The notes beneath the pieces were generated by a model. It was not told where the DNA came from and did not search any database. It saw only the letters and a program-made list of their open reading frames with translations. This document shows positions 17,339 to 28,690 of a DNA stretch of 64,000 nt, in pieces. The stretch is taken from assembly GCA_038207395.1 (NCBI GenBank), contig JBBQZW010000001.1, forward strand, positions 13,530-77,529. Reading direction: 5' to 3'. The DNA is from Minisyncoccia bacterium (lineage in GTDB: Bacteria > Patescibacteriota > Minisyncoccia > Phycocordibacterales > Phycocordibacteraceae). How positions within the stretch are numbered: the stretch's first letter is position 1; every line of letters starts with the position of its first letter. The position numbers and the translations under genes were made by a program.

Positions 17339-17370
17339 AACGGCTTACCGAGGCTTGCCGTCTTTACTTA
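17339..17370 (-). terminator. minus-strand terminator downstream of leuS
   Basis: acggcaagcctcggtaagccgt followed by ttttgcattt on the minus strand. Confidence 0.5.
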
Positions 17371-17436
17371 GCTAGACTAGCATGGCAAGGGGTGTGCTGT
17401 CAAGCATTTTCACCACTTCTTCATACCTATGGGGAT

Positions 17437-17464
17437 TATAATATGGCTTATATAAGCCATATTA
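17437..17464. repeat. perfect 28-bp AT-rich palindrome (ataatatggcttat/ataagccatattat)
   Basis: Exact reverse-complement symmetry, read directly. No T-run, so it is unlikely to be a terminator. Confidence 0.9.
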
Positions 17465-17509
17465 TCGCTATATACAAGAACACAAATACAGCACTTGTCT
17501 AGTCACCGG

Positions 17510-20425
17510 TTACGGAATTAAGTTTAGAATCTTACCCGCTCTATAGATAACGCGGCTGGGAGTACCTGTTGGAAATGCCTTTGCTACGTTTGGTTCAGAG
17601 AGTGCAGCTTTGACCGCTTCTTCCTCAGTCGCTGAGGGTGAAATCTGTATTTCTCCTTTCCGTTTCCCTGCTATTTGCACTCCTATAATCACAGCATCTT
17701 CCGTGAGAAGGGTCTCATCAAAGGAAGGCCAGGGAAGTTGGTGGATACTTTGCTCTGAAGGAAGTGCCCCTTCGTTAACTGAAATTTGCGCGTACATATG
17801 TTCGGTAAGATGCGGCGCAAATGGAGAAAGTAGCGTTAAGAAAGTACCAAAGCCGTCATGCGAAATATGGTCTTGGGTTTCGAGCGCATTAACAAGAATC
17901 ATAAGCGCAGAAACTGCAGTATTCAATTTAAAACGCTCTATATCTGCTGACATTTTTATCGTCGCCTTAGCAAGCGCTTTTTGTTCAGCTTCTGTGGCTG
18001 GAGCATCACTAGTTTTTGTACGAAGTGCGTAGCATCGATCAAGGAAACGGCGCATCGCCTCTATGCCTTCTGGTTTCCAAGGATAGTTACCCGGTTCGTT
18101 ATACGAACCAATAAAGGAAAGGTACATGCGTACCGCATCAGCACCATACTTTGCCACCACTTCATCAGGATTAATAACGTTTCCTTTTGATTTCGACATC
18201 TTTTGTCCGTCAGGACCTATGATAAGTCCGCGGTTGTATCGCTCGTAAAACGGTTCAGCGGTTGGAACAAGCGCAAGATCGTACATTGCCTTGTAGAAGA
18301 ACCGTGAATACAAAAGGTGCAGAGTCGTGTGCTCCGCTCCGCCTGAATACCGATTAACAGGAAGCCAGTTTTTCATCACCTCAGTGCTTGAAAATTGTTT
18401 TTCATCATGAGGCGCAAGATACCGCATGAAGTACCATGAAGAATCTACGAAGGTATCAAGTGTGTCACACTCAGGTGTCCAGCCTTCGCCAAATATTCCG
18501 GTAACGCGGTCTTTGAGTTCTTTGCTTGTTGCGAGCGGAGATACCCCTGATGGGGTGAAATCTACGTCAGTGGGCAAAAGCCAAGGTAGGTGTTCGCTTG
18601 GTACCAGGTGCGCCTTCCCTTCCGGGTCATAGACAACAGGTATCGGACAGCCCCAGTACCGCTGACGCGAAACTAACCAGTCGCGAAGACGATAGTTCGT
18701 CGTACGTTCACCACCTGCAGCGTCTGTGATGTCTGCCATTGCCTCCTGACTTTCTCTATTGGAATACTCTCCGGAATTAATGAGCGTGCCTGCGTCCGTA
18801 TAAACATAGTGGTCAGAAAAGATTTGCTCAACGGCATACTGATGAGTGCGTGCGGTGAGCTGCTTGCGTAATTCTTCTTTGGATAACCACACAATCTCGT
18901 GCCGTACTTCCTCTTCTGGAGCCACTGCGTCACGCATGTCGCTCGTTAGCTCCATACGTAAAATATGTCCGTGGGTTAGACGGTTTTGCTCTTTAGGAAC
19001 GTGATAAAACAAGCCATCAACAATTCCGTATGACTCAACTACACGTGCATCGGTATATCCTGTTTCTTCTCGTAATTCACGAAGTGCTGTTTCTGCCGCA
19101 GAATCATCACCTTCCATACCACCGGTGAGGAGGGTGGTCCAGCCAACATTTTTCCACTTTAAAGCAAGATATTTTTCTTCCGACCAGTGTCTTATGAGCG
19201 CTATAACTCCATCAGTAATGGTGACTGGTTCGTCTGATTTAAATGCTCCGGGTTCTTCCGTTTGTACGAGGCGGGGTGCAACAACTTGAACGATAGGGAG
19301 CTCAAACTTTGTTGCAAATTCAAAGTCACGCTCGTCATGTGCAGGAACGGCCATAACCGCACCTGTTCCGTATGAGCCCAGTACATAGTCAGCGACAAAG
19401 ACCGGAATTTCCTCTCTTGTAAGCGGATGAATGGCCATGATGCCTGTAAGTTGTACCCCTGTTTTTTCTTTATTCTCCATGCGCTCCCGCTCTGTTTTCT
19501 TCTTCGCTTCTTCTACGTATGCACGAACTGCAGCTTCGTTTGAGAGCACATCATGCTCACCATCGAGCGCAGCGAGTACCCAGGGATGTTCCGGAGCCAG
19601 CACAAGATAGGTTGCCCCAAAAAGAGTATCGGGCCGCGTGGTAAATACAGCGACTTGGGCGGGGTTGCCGTCAACGTCACGCCACTCAGAATCTTCAGGG
19701 TGTTTTTTAAATGAGAGTGCAAAGGCCAGCTTCGCTCCCTCTGACTTTCCAATCCATTCGCGCTGCGCGCTCTTTATATCTTCGCGCCAAGGAAGTCCTT
19801 CAAGATCTGTGAGAAGTCGTTCTGCATACTTCGTAATAGAAAGAAACCATTGCGTAAGAATACGTTCTTCCACCTCGTGACCACAGCGCTCACAGGTACC
19901 GTTAATAACTTGCTCGTTAGCAAGTACGGTTTGATCATTCGGACACCACTTAACAGCAGCTTCCTTACGCTCTGCAAGCTGATGTTCAAAAAGTCGCGAG
20001 AAAAGCCACTGTGTCCATTTATAGTATTCAGGCGAGCAGGTCGCTACCTCCTTACTCCAATCAAACGAGGCACCCATTGTCCGTACCTGTGCCCGCATCG
20101 TGTCCATGTTTTCATACGTCCACTTTCTAGGATCAAGTCCACGTTTTATAGCGGCGTTCTCGGCAGGAAGTCCGAAGGCATCAAACCCAAAGGGGTAGAG
20201 AACATTTTTACCTTGCATTCGCTTGAAGCGCGCAAAAATATCGGTGATGGCAAAGGCATACCAATGGCCCACATGAAGATCGCCGGATGGGTACGGAAAT
20301 TCAATTAACAGGTAGTACGGATCTTTTGACTGATCAGATAAATCGACCTCATATATTTTTTCTTCATCCCATTTCTTCTGAGCCCATGGCTCTATTTCAG
20401 AGTGATTGTAGAATTCTTTTGCCAT
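17510..20425 (-). CDS. leuS: leucyl-tRNA synthetase with an inserted NUDIX hydrolase domain
   Basis: 971 aa. HVGH, TTRPDT editing-domain signature, GTGAVMAVPAHDERD, NYRLRDWLVSRQRYWG and KMSKS. About 170 extra residues sit between the editing domain and the RLRDW motif. Confidence 0.95.
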   Translation of the reverse strand: MAKEFYNHSEIEPWAQKKWDEEKIYEVDLSDQSKDPYYLLIEFPYPSGDLHVGHWYAFAITDIFARFKRMQGKNVLYPFGFDAFGLPAENAAIKRGLDPRKWTYENMDTMRAQVRTMGASFDWSKEVATCSPEYYKWTQWLFSRLFEHQLAERKEAAVKWCPNDQTVLANEQVINGTCERCGHEVEERILTQWFLSITKYAERLLTDLEGLPWREDIKSAQREWIGKSEGAKLAFALSFKKHPEDSEWRDVDGNPAQVAVFTTRPDTLFGATYLVLAPEHPWVLAALDGEHDVLSNEAAVRAYVEEAKKKTERERMENKEKTGVQLTGIMAIHPLTREEIPVFVADYVLGSYGTGAVMAVPAHDERDFEFATKFELPIVQVVAPRLVQTEEPGAFKSDEPVTITDGVIALIRHWSEEKYLALKWKNVGWTTLLTGGMEGDDSAAETALRELREETGYTDARVVESYGIVDGLFYHVPKEQNRLTHGHILRMELTSDMRDAVAPEEEVRHEIVWLSKEELRKQLTARTHQYAVEQIFSDHYVYTDAGTLINSGEYSNRESQEAMADITDAAGGERTTNYRLRDWLVSRQRYWGCPIPVVYDPEGKAHLVPSEHLPWLLPTDVDFTPSGVSPLATSKELKDRVTGIFGEGWTPECDTLDTFVDSSWYFMRYLAPHDEKQFSSTEVMKNWLPVNRYSGGAEHTTLHLLYSRFFYKAMYDLALVPTAEPFYERYNRGLIIGPDGQKMSKSKGNVINPDEVVAKYGADAVRMYLSFIGSYNEPGNYPWKPEGIEAMRRFLDRCYALRTKTSDAPATEAEQKALAKATIKMSADIERFKLNTAVSALMILVNALETQDHISHDGFGTFLTLLSPFAPHLTEHMYAQISVNEGALPSEQSIHQLPWPSFDETLLTEDAVIIGVQIAGKRKGEIQISPSATEEEAVKAALSEPNVAKAFPTGTPSRVIYRAGKILNLIP
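18758..19270 (-). other. NUDIX hydrolase domain inserted within LeuRS (residues ~386-556)
   Basis: Nudix box GDDSAAETALRELREETGY, flanked by a typical Nudix beta-strand region (VTITDGVIALIRHWSEEKYLALKWKNVGWTTLLTGG...). Confidence 0.7.
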
Positions 20426-20445
20426 ATATATGGGCTAGGCTTGCA

Positions 20446-21432
20446 CTAGTAGACTGGCTTTGGCACTGAAGCTGGGATAGCTGGGTAGAGCGCAGGGTCA
20501 ATGTAGTTACTAAAGCATGTGCGTCCCATCTGATGATTCCAAATATTGTTTACCCCACGCCCAGGAGGAACGGCTGCTCCATATCCGGTACCATTCCCAT
20601 CTAGTGCAAACGTTGCACAGAGCTCAAACCCTACTTTCCCATCTGAAGACTTTGCCAGTCCTTTATATTCATACGCCGCTTCTGTTTTAGGGTCTCCAGG
20701 AACCTGGTACCCAGTGAAGCTATTGTTGAGTGCGCTTAGGGACGAAGGCAGTATCTGCTTCACCTGCCAGTACGAAAGTATCTCAGACTGTATTCTTTGC
20801 AGGTCTTCAACACGCTGAGTGTCAAAGCGTACGTCACGTGCATGAGCTGGAGTACCGATGATTAGGAAGCCCCCAATAACCGTCATGATTGCGAGTGCAC
20901 CTACGGCCGCCCCAACAATGTTTACCTTCCGACGATGCAGTGTCCAGTATCCTTTTAGATCAGCAAGGAAGTGCAGGATAACGAGCACGGCCATAAGTAG
21001 AACGATAAGCGCCTTAAGCGTAAAGCGAATGGTGATATCGCCGCCGAAGAATGCGGAAAGGAGGGTGATGAGGTCAATCACCGCCGTCGCTGACGCAAGG
21101 AAAATAGTAAACACGAGCGCCCATCTGCGCACCCAGATATTTGCCTTCCCTGGTTCGCGCACGATGTCACGACGAATGGTGAGAAGGAGGCCAAGCATTG
21201 TAGGAATCAGCACGACGATGGTGGCCATTGCAACTCGTACTCCGGTACTATACGGGTCATATGAGTATGAAAGCGGATCAGGAAACGCGAAGTTTATATA
21301 CTGAAACAAAAGGGTGAAAAACGAGATAATCCCACCGTAGAGTGCAATAACAGCACCTGCCCAAAGAAAGAAATCCTTAGGAGTTGTCTTCGACGTCCTG
21401 GCTGCGTGATGACTTTCTGTAGTGTGTTCCAT
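20446..21432 (-). CDS. integral membrane protein with extracytoplasmic C-terminal domain, unknown function
   Basis: 328 aa with multiple TM segments. Resembles conserved CPR membrane proteins of unknown function. Confidence 0.5.
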   Translation of the reverse strand: MEHTTESHHAARTSKTTPKDFFLWAGAVIALYGGIISFFTLLFQYINFAFPDPLSYSYDPYSTGVRVAMATIVVLIPTMLGLLLTIRRDIVREPGKANIWVRRWALVFTIFLASATAVIDLITLLSAFFGGDITIRFTLKALIVLLMAVLVILHFLADLKGYWTLHRRKVNIVGAAVGALAIMTVIGGFLIIGTPAHARDVRFDTQRVEDLQRIQSEILSYWQVKQILPSSLSALNNSFTGYQVPGDPKTEAAYEYKGLAKSSDGKVGFELCATFALDGNGTGYGAAVPPGRGVNNIWNHQMGRTCFSNYIDPALYPAIPASVPKPVY

Positions 21433-21479
21433 ATGTGAAATTATACCACTTAAGCCTAATGGTGCAGGGTCAGCTGGTT

Positions 21480-22565
21480 TTAACTATGCAAAAAGACAGC
21501 AACGTCTCCATCCTGGAAGATGTAGGTTTTTCCCTCGGTACGAATATCGCCTTTATCACGCGCTGCGCTCCATGAGCCATCAGTAATAAGTTTTTCGCAG
21601 TTCACGACTTCAGCACGGATAAACTTATCCTTAAAGTCATTATGAATAACAGCTCCTGCTTCAGGTGCTGAAGCTCCTTGAGGAATGGTCCACGCACGGG
21701 TTTCTTTAGGTCCTGTCGTGAAGAACGTAATAAGTCCAAGCGTTTTGTATGCCGAACGAATAAGCTCGGTAAGACCATTTACTTCAACCCCAAGTTCCTG
21801 GCGGAACATATCTTTATCCTCGTCAGACACATCATTTAGTTCACGTTCCGTTCCAGCGTCCACGTGAACGTACTCAGATCCCATAGCGGTAATGAGTGCA
21901 TGCACTTTCTCAACACGTTCATCATTCACCGTTGACCCTGATTTACCATTAAGTGAGTACAGTATTGGTTTGAGCGTAAGGAGATTAAGCGATTTAATTA
22001 TAAATGCTTCCTCTGGTGTAAGGTCTGCGGTGCGCGCAAGCTTTCCCGCGCTCAGCACTGCCTCTACTTTCGTAAGAACGGCATCTTCAGCCACAGAATC
22101 CTTATTACCCTGCTTCACTTCGCGAACAAGTCTTTCACGACGATTCTGCACTGATTGCGCGTCAGCTAAGATGAGCTCAAGATTAATGACTTCAATGTCA
22201 CGAACGGGATCAACGTCGCCGTGCACATGCGTAATATCAGCGTCTTCAAAGAATCGAACCATATGAAGGATGGCATCCGTCTCACGAATGTTCGTAAGGA
22301 ACTTATTCCCGAGACCTTCTCCTTCTGAAGCTCCTTTAACAAGTCCTGCAATATCCACGAATTCAATGACTGCAGGTACCGTTTTTTCAGATTTTGAAAG
22401 AGAGGCCAGCTGATCCAAACGCTCATCAGGTACCGTAACGATACCAACTGACGGATCAATAGTTGCGAAGGGGTAGTTAGCGACGAGCACATCCGCTCGC
22501 GTGAGCGCATTAAACAGCGTTGATTTACCAACGTTCGGTAACCCTACAATTCCAATTTTAAGCAT
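21480..22565 (-). CDS. ychF: ribosome-binding ATPase YchF (Obg-like GTPase family)
   Basis: [22 protein letters not shown]... with a C-terminal TGS domain. Confidence 0.9.
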   Translation of the reverse strand: MLKIGIVGLPNVGKSTLFNALTRADVLVANYPFATIDPSVGIVTVPDERLDQLASLSKSEKTVPAVIEFVDIAGLVKGASEGEGLGNKFLTNIRETDAILHMVRFFEDADITHVHGDVDPVRDIEVINLELILADAQSVQNRRERLVREVKQGNKDSVAEDAVLTKVEAVLSAGKLARTADLTPEEAFIIKSLNLLTLKPILYSLNGKSGSTVNDERVEKVHALITAMGSEYVHVDAGTERELNDVSDEDKDMFRQELGVEVNGLTELIRSAYKTLGLITFFTTGPKETRAWTIPQGASAPEAGAVIHNDFKDKFIRAEVVNCEKLITDGSWSAARDKGDIRTEGKTYIFQDGDVAVFLHS

Positions 22566-22580
22566 TGTCTAACTCTACGG

Positions 22581-23156
22581 TTATTTAGCGGTAGTCGCAA
22601 GTTTTGAAACCGTTCTCATCCATGCCGTCTTTTTTTCTTCAGGCATATGTTCAACGCGTCCAATCTCAGTAATACGGACTTTGTACCCTGAAAAGCCAAG
22701 GAGCGCTTTCCCTATTTCATTTTTAAAGTCACCAAAGAAGAACCGTTCGAGGAGTGGCCAGTTCTTTGACGTTATGATTACGCGCGCTGTCTTTCCTTTC
22801 ATTAGTTGATCCCACCCCATGCCATCTTTATGGAAGTGAAAGGCAAAGCCAGGAATAAACATACGATCCCACATTCCCTTAAGAAGCGCTGGCATACCGG
22901 CCCACCAAAGCGGATAGATAAGTACAAAGTGATCTGCCCACTTCATGTCTTCTTGCACCTTGAGAAGATCTGGTTCAAGTTCTTGTATTACTTTGTAACC
23001 CTTATGAAGGATAGGATCAAAATTTAAGTCTCCAAGATTAGTCTTGCGAACTTCGTATCCTGCTGTCATTGCTTCGTTCTGGTAGTGCGTTGCAATCTCG
23101 TTTCCGAGTGTGTCTTCAGAATCAGGATTCCCCATTAAGATAAATATTTTTTTCAT
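22581..23156 (-). CDS. flavodoxin-like NAD(P)H-dependent quinone oxidoreductase (MdaB/KefF-like)
   Basis: 191 aa. ILMGNP...DLNFDPIL...ADHFVLIYPLWW, typical of the Flavodoxin_2 family. Confidence 0.75.
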   Translation of the reverse strand: MKKIFILMGNPDSEDTLGNEIATHYQNEAMTAGYEVRKTNLGDLNFDPILHKGYKVIQELEPDLLKVQEDMKWADHFVLIYPLWWAGMPALLKGMWDRMFIPGFAFHFHKDGMGWDQLMKGKTARVIITSKNWPLLERFFFGDFKNEIGKALLGFSGYKVRITEIGRVEHMPEEKKTAWMRTVSKLATTAK

Positions 23157-23157
23157 G

Positions 23158-23412
23158 CTATTTCTGCATCAATCCTGAAAGCTCGGTGCGGTACTTCTTC
23201 ATAACATCCATAGTGGCTTTCATTTGGTTTTCGCCCCCTTTAGTGCGCTTTTCTACTTCTTCACCAATCTTTTTGAAGAGCTCAGGATCTTTTTGCACAA
23301 GCGCCATTATTTGCTCACGCTGCGCCTCTGGAACATCCTTCATCTTCCACTTCATTGCCTGTCCTAACAGAAAATTTTGTATACCCATATATCTACATAC
23401 TATCAAATACAT
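23158..23412 (-). CDS. hypothetical small protein
   Basis: 84-aa ORF, 1-nt gap to the downstream gene. Confidence 0.4.
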   Translation of the reverse strand: MYLIVCRYMGIQNFLLGQAMKWKMKDVPEAQREQIMALVQKDPELFKKIGEEVEKRTKGGENQMKATMDVMKKYRTELSGLMQK

Positions 23413-23460
23413 CGCTATTCGAGAACAGGTATGAAAGTGCCCCGATGCTTTGCATCGGGG

Positions 23461-24030
23461 CTATTCTCCAAGAGCTTTGAAGCCCTTTACTTTATCTAGA
23501 TAAAAGTATCCATTTGCTGCATCCTGGAGGTCTTGCGACATTCCTGAAAGCCAGCTGTAGACAATAAATTCGAGTTCGAGGTTAGACCCGTAGATCCCCC
23601 GTAGCTTTCGAATAGTTCGCAGATAGTCACTGTCTCCAGAGACAATCACAAAACGAACGCGCAGAGGATATTCTAACTTCCCTCCCTGAATTGAGTCTTG
23701 CTCATGCTGAGCAACGACGCCCCACATATCTTCAATGATTAGTGAGTCGATGTCGTCATTGGTTCGCACTTGCATATCAATAGCTTTGCCAAACGTACGG
23801 AATTGAACCTTATTGGAGGCAAGCAAGTCTTGACCCTCGTTCCAGTCCCTGACGTAGGCCGTAGCTCGGACGAGCGTTGTGCCGACAAGTATTTCGCTAG
23901 ACGCTATCGCTTGCGAGAGACGCTTCCAGTTAATGTCTTGCCATGCGTTTGAACGAACACCTTGAGCAATGTTAGGTACATCGATAAAGACAGCTGACGC
24001 TGGCTTTATATCGAATTCGATATCAGCCAT
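23461..24030 (-). CDS. NYN-domain (LabA-like, PIN-fold) protein
   Basis: AVFIDVPNIAQG... and SGDSDY, characteristic of NYN domains. Confidence 0.7.
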   Translation of the reverse strand: MADIEFDIKPASAVFIDVPNIAQGVRSNAWQDINWKRLSQAIASSEILVGTTLVRATAYVRDWNEGQDLLASNKVQFRTFGKAIDMQVRTNDDIDSLIIEDMWGVVAQHEQDSIQGGKLEYPLRVRFVIVSGDSDYLRTIRKLRGIYGSNLELEFIVYSWLSGMSQDLQDAANGYFYLDKVKGFKALGE

Positions 24031-24102
24031 GTGCGGTCTCCCTCCTGCCAGAATAGCAGGTCTGGTACCACCATGACATTAGATACCTCTTACGTCAATA
24101 CT

Positions 24103-24351
24103 TTACAGGATAACGGTTGCTTGGTTGTTCGAAATTTCTAAAATTCCGGTGGTCAGTAGTTCGAATTCTGTCTTTGTCCCATCTTCTGTCTCAAACCGAA
24201 TCATTCCTTCCTTCAAGGGTGAAACAAGAGCCTCATGGTGCGCAAGAATCGTAAGTACACCGTCTGCGCCAGGAAGCGTTACGGAAACCGCTTCCCCATC
24301 AAAGATATTTTCTCCTACTTTTGCAATGGTTAGATGGAAGGTTTTTGCCAT
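24103..24351 (-). CDS. atpC: F0F1 ATP synthase subunit epsilon (short, N-terminal beta-sandwich only)
   Basis: 82 aa. Last gene of the atp operon; no C-terminal helical hairpin. Confidence 0.8.
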   Translation of the reverse strand: MAKTFHLTIAKVGENIFDGEAVSVTLPGADGVLTILAHHEALVSPLKEGMIRFETEDGTKTEFELLTTGILEISNNQATVIL

Positions 24352-24378
24352 AGTGTTGGGTTGCGTACGCGCTACCTA

Positions 24379-25782
<1,404 letters not shown>

Positions 25783-25789
25783 CTAAAAG

Positions 25790-26698
25790 CTATACGGATA
25801 ATGCCTCACGCCCGCTAATAATCTCTGACACTTCGCGGGTAATGGCTGCCTGACGAAGTTTGTTGTAGAGGCGCGTGAATTCCTTAGTGCGTTCTTTTGA
25901 CTTATCAGAAGCGTTCTTCATCGCTACCATACGCGCTGAGTGCTCTGAAGCCTTTGCCTCCAGAAGCATGAAGTAGAGAGAGACTGCCACGAGGCGGGGG
26001 ATGAGAAGCGTAAGGACTTCTTCTGCTGATGGCTCAATACTGTACGTTTCTGGTGCCTCAAGAGAAATAGTACTGCTCCACTTTCCACGAGCTGGGCGAA
26101 TGCCCGTCACTATCTCACTCACCGCTTCAAGAGAAAGGGGGAGAAGTGCACGGACGGTCGGTACCTGTTCGAAGGTAGACCGGAAGTCACTATAGGCCGC
26201 AAGCACTTCGTCGAATTCTCCGTTCAGGAACCCTTGAGAGAGCTGCTGCGAAAGTTCGTCCATCGTGTTTACGGGAATACTGTCTTCACGATTTTCCTTT
26301 GCCATTACCACGGCATATCCCCGGTTACGGAAGAATTCCTCTCCTTTCTTTCCAAAGGCAAAAACCTGGATGGAATCTAGTGGACGTCCTTCAACCGCTT
26401 TCTGCGCTGCGCGTATCACGCTTGAGTTAAGCGCGCCTGCAAGTCCTCGATCACTTGTAATAACGACAAGTGCAGTCTTCTTCACTTCACGCACCTGCGT
26501 AAGCGCGTGAGACTTCACATCAGCGCTTCCTGAAAGTCGAGCAAGGATAGAGAGTGCGGCACGCGCATAAGCGCGCCCCTGAAAGGCTGCCTGCTGCGTC
26601 TTACGCATCTTTGCCGCAGACACTGCCTCCATGGCACGAGTCACCGTGTTCATGCGCTGTGTCGCGAGAATCTTTGCTTTGATGTCTTTAAGTGCCAT
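25790..26698 (-). CDS. atpG: F0F1 ATP synthase subunit gamma
   Basis: 302 aa. Conserved N- and C-terminal helices (IKAKILATQRM..., ITREVSEIISGREAL). Confidence 0.9.
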   Translation of the reverse strand: MALKDIKAKILATQRMNTVTRAMEAVSAAKMRKTQQAAFQGRAYARAALSILARLSGSADVKSHALTQVREVKKTALVVITSDRGLAGALNSSVIRAAQKAVEGRPLDSIQVFAFGKKGEEFFRNRGYAVVMAKENREDSIPVNTMDELSQQLSQGFLNGEFDEVLAAYSDFRSTFEQVPTVRALLPLSLEAVSEIVTGIRPARGKWSSTISLEAPETYSIEPSAEEVLTLLIPRLVAVSLYFMLLEAKASEHSARMVAMKNASDKSKERTKEFTRLYNKLRQAAITREVSEIISGREALSV

Positions 26699-26727
26699 GG
26701 ATTTATGGTGCGAATACTTTTCTGAGC

Positions 26728-28275
26728 TTACGCAGCGCGCTCGGTGAACTTCGTCAGAGCAGCGCGTAGTGCTGCTTCTGTCTCTTCACCAATGTCTTTG
26801 GTAGAGCGAATCAGCTCAAGTGCTTCCTTTCCTTCACGCTCTAAGAATTCCTGGAGCTTGTTCTGTGCAGAACGCGTATCTTCAGGTGCAAATGCATCGA
26901 AGAATCCGTTGATGGCGGCAAAGATAACGGCAACCTCAACTTCAAATGGAAGCGGCTTACCCTGTACCTGCGTTAACACCTCCGTCATACGGCGCCCAGA
27001 ATCAATTTGTGCCTTAGTATCAGCATCAAGATCAGAGGCAAACTGCATGAAGGCTTCAAGTTCACGGAACTGCGCAAGGGTGAGCTTAATTTTTCCAGAC
27101 ACTTTCTTCATAGCTTTTGTCTGTGCGGAAGATCCCACACGAGACACAGAGATACCCACATCAATAGCAGGACGTAGTCCTTTGTTGAAGAGATCTGCCT
27201 GAAGATAAATCTGTCCGTCAGTGATTGAAATCACGTTCGTAGGAATGTAGGCAGATACGTCACCTTCCTGCGTTTCAATGATTGGAAGCGCAGTTAATGA
27301 GCCTCCGCCCTTTTCCTTAGAAAGTTTTGCTGCTCGCTCAAGAAGGCGTGAGTGCAAATAGAAAATGTCTCCAGGATATGCCTCGCGTCCAGGAGGGCGG
27401 CGAAGGAGAAGTGACATCTGACGATACGCAACAGCCTGCTTTGAAAGGTCGTCATATACCACGAGCGCGTCACGTCCTGCGTCCATGAAGAATTCTCCGA
27501 TGGTGGCTCCCGCGAATGGCGCGAGGAACTGGAACGCGGCAGGGCTTGATGCTGGAGCCGTAACCACAATCGTGTAGTCCATTGCTCCTGCTGCAGTAAG
27601 TTCAGCCACGATACGTGCCGTCTTTGATTCCTTCTGACCGATAGCGACATAAATACAGATTGGACGAGTTTCTGCTGGTTCTGATTTCTGGTTGAGAATA
27701 GTATCAATGGCGATAGCTGTCTTTCCCGTACCACGGTCTCCAATGATGAGCTCACGCTGACCGCGACCAATCGGAATCATCGCGTCCACTGCCTTTACTC
27801 CGGTATGAAGAGGAACGTTCACTGGAGCACGGTCAATAACACCATACGCCTCACGCTCGATTGGCTTCAGCTCTACATCTTTGAGTGCTCCCTTATCGTC
27901 AACGGGTTCACCAAGCGGATTAAGTACGCGCCCTATCAAAGATTCACCTACGGGGATGGAAAGTAGGCGATTAAGGCGACGCACCTGCATTCCTTCAAAC
28001 ACATCACTGGCCTCTCCTAGAATAACGGCACGAACGCCATCTTCCTCAAGGTTAAGCACCAGACCGTACACAGACTTCGTATCCTTGAGCGCATCCTCAA
28101 GACTTCGGTCGAACGTAGGATCGAAAAGCACCATCTCTGACATCACTGCGCCATCGAGTCCGTCAATTTCTGCAATACCGTCTCCGGTCTCGCGAACAAT
28201 ACCAATGCTTTCATCTACTCCTGTGGGAGTAAAACCTGCAATTTGTTCTTCGATTCGTTTAATGATGCTTTCCAT
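26728..28275 (-). CDS. atpA: F0F1 ATP synthase subunit alpha
   Basis: GDRGTGKT P-loop. Very strong similarity. Confidence 0.95.
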   Translation of the reverse strand: MESIIKRIEEQIAGFTPTGVDESIGIVRETGDGIAEIDGLDGAVMSEMVLFDPTFDRSLEDALKDTKSVYGLVLNLEEDGVRAVILGEASDVFEGMQVRRLNRLLSIPVGESLIGRVLNPLGEPVDDKGALKDVELKPIEREAYGVIDRAPVNVPLHTGVKAVDAMIPIGRGQRELIIGDRGTGKTAIAIDTILNQKSEPAETRPICIYVAIGQKESKTARIVAELTAAGAMDYTIVVTAPASSPAAFQFLAPFAGATIGEFFMDAGRDALVVYDDLSKQAVAYRQMSLLLRRPPGREAYPGDIFYLHSRLLERAAKLSKEKGGGSLTALPIIETQEGDVSAYIPTNVISITDGQIYLQADLFNKGLRPAIDVGISVSRVGSSAQTKAMKKVSGKIKLTLAQFRELEAFMQFASDLDADTKAQIDSGRRMTEVLTQVQGKPLPFEVEVAVIFAAINGFFDAFAPEDTRSAQNKLQEFLEREGKEALELIRSTKDIGEETEAALRAALTKFTERAA

Positions 28276-28300
28276 ACGGGTGTGCGGTTACTAAATTTAA

Positions 28301-28672
28301 TTATGCGTGTGCAGTGATGCGCTTATAAAGGTCTAACAGAGCGCGCTTTCCTGAATGATCAATAATGCGGCTTCCAATACTTCCCCGCCATCCAGAAACA
28401 AGTTCTTTGTTAACAGTAGGGGATGCCGTAATGCCAAGTTCTTTTGCTTCCTTTGCAGCAGTGATCATTTCTGATTCACTCGCAACTTCAAGTGTTTGTG
28501 AGAGGACTCCAGCGCGCGCATCCAGCCGCTTCAGTTCTCGGAGAATTCGCGGCAAGAGTTTTAGTCGTCCGGTCTCGTGCAAATGCGCGATGAGCGTATC
28601 GACAAGCTTCTTGGGATCAGCTCCTTCTTTAGAGCCAAGTTCAAAAAGTGCTTTTGCGTACGTTTTTTCCAT
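28301..28672 (-). CDS. atpH: F0F1 ATP synthase subunit delta (shortened OSCP)
   Basis: 123 aa. YAKALFELG N-terminus, position between atpF and atpA. Confidence 0.7.
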   Translation of the reverse strand: MEKTYAKALFELGSKEGADPKKLVDTLIAHLHETGRLKLLPRILRELKRLDARAGVLSQTLEVASESEMITAAKEAKELGITASPTVNKELVSGWRGSIGSRIIDHSGKRALLDLYKRITAHA

Positions 28673-28690
28673 ATGCGTTACAGTCTCAGT

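Noticed and set aside
17610-18190. Plus-strand ORFs (140 aa, 69 aa) inside leuS
   Set aside because: Fully embedded antisense to a strongly supported leuS. No SD. Shadow ORFs.
26744-27202. 152-aa plus-strand ORF inside atpA, and similar antisense ORFs across the atp operon (25174..25620, 27881..28294, 28365..28778)
   Set aside because: Antisense to highly conserved ATP synthase genes. Composition-driven open frames.
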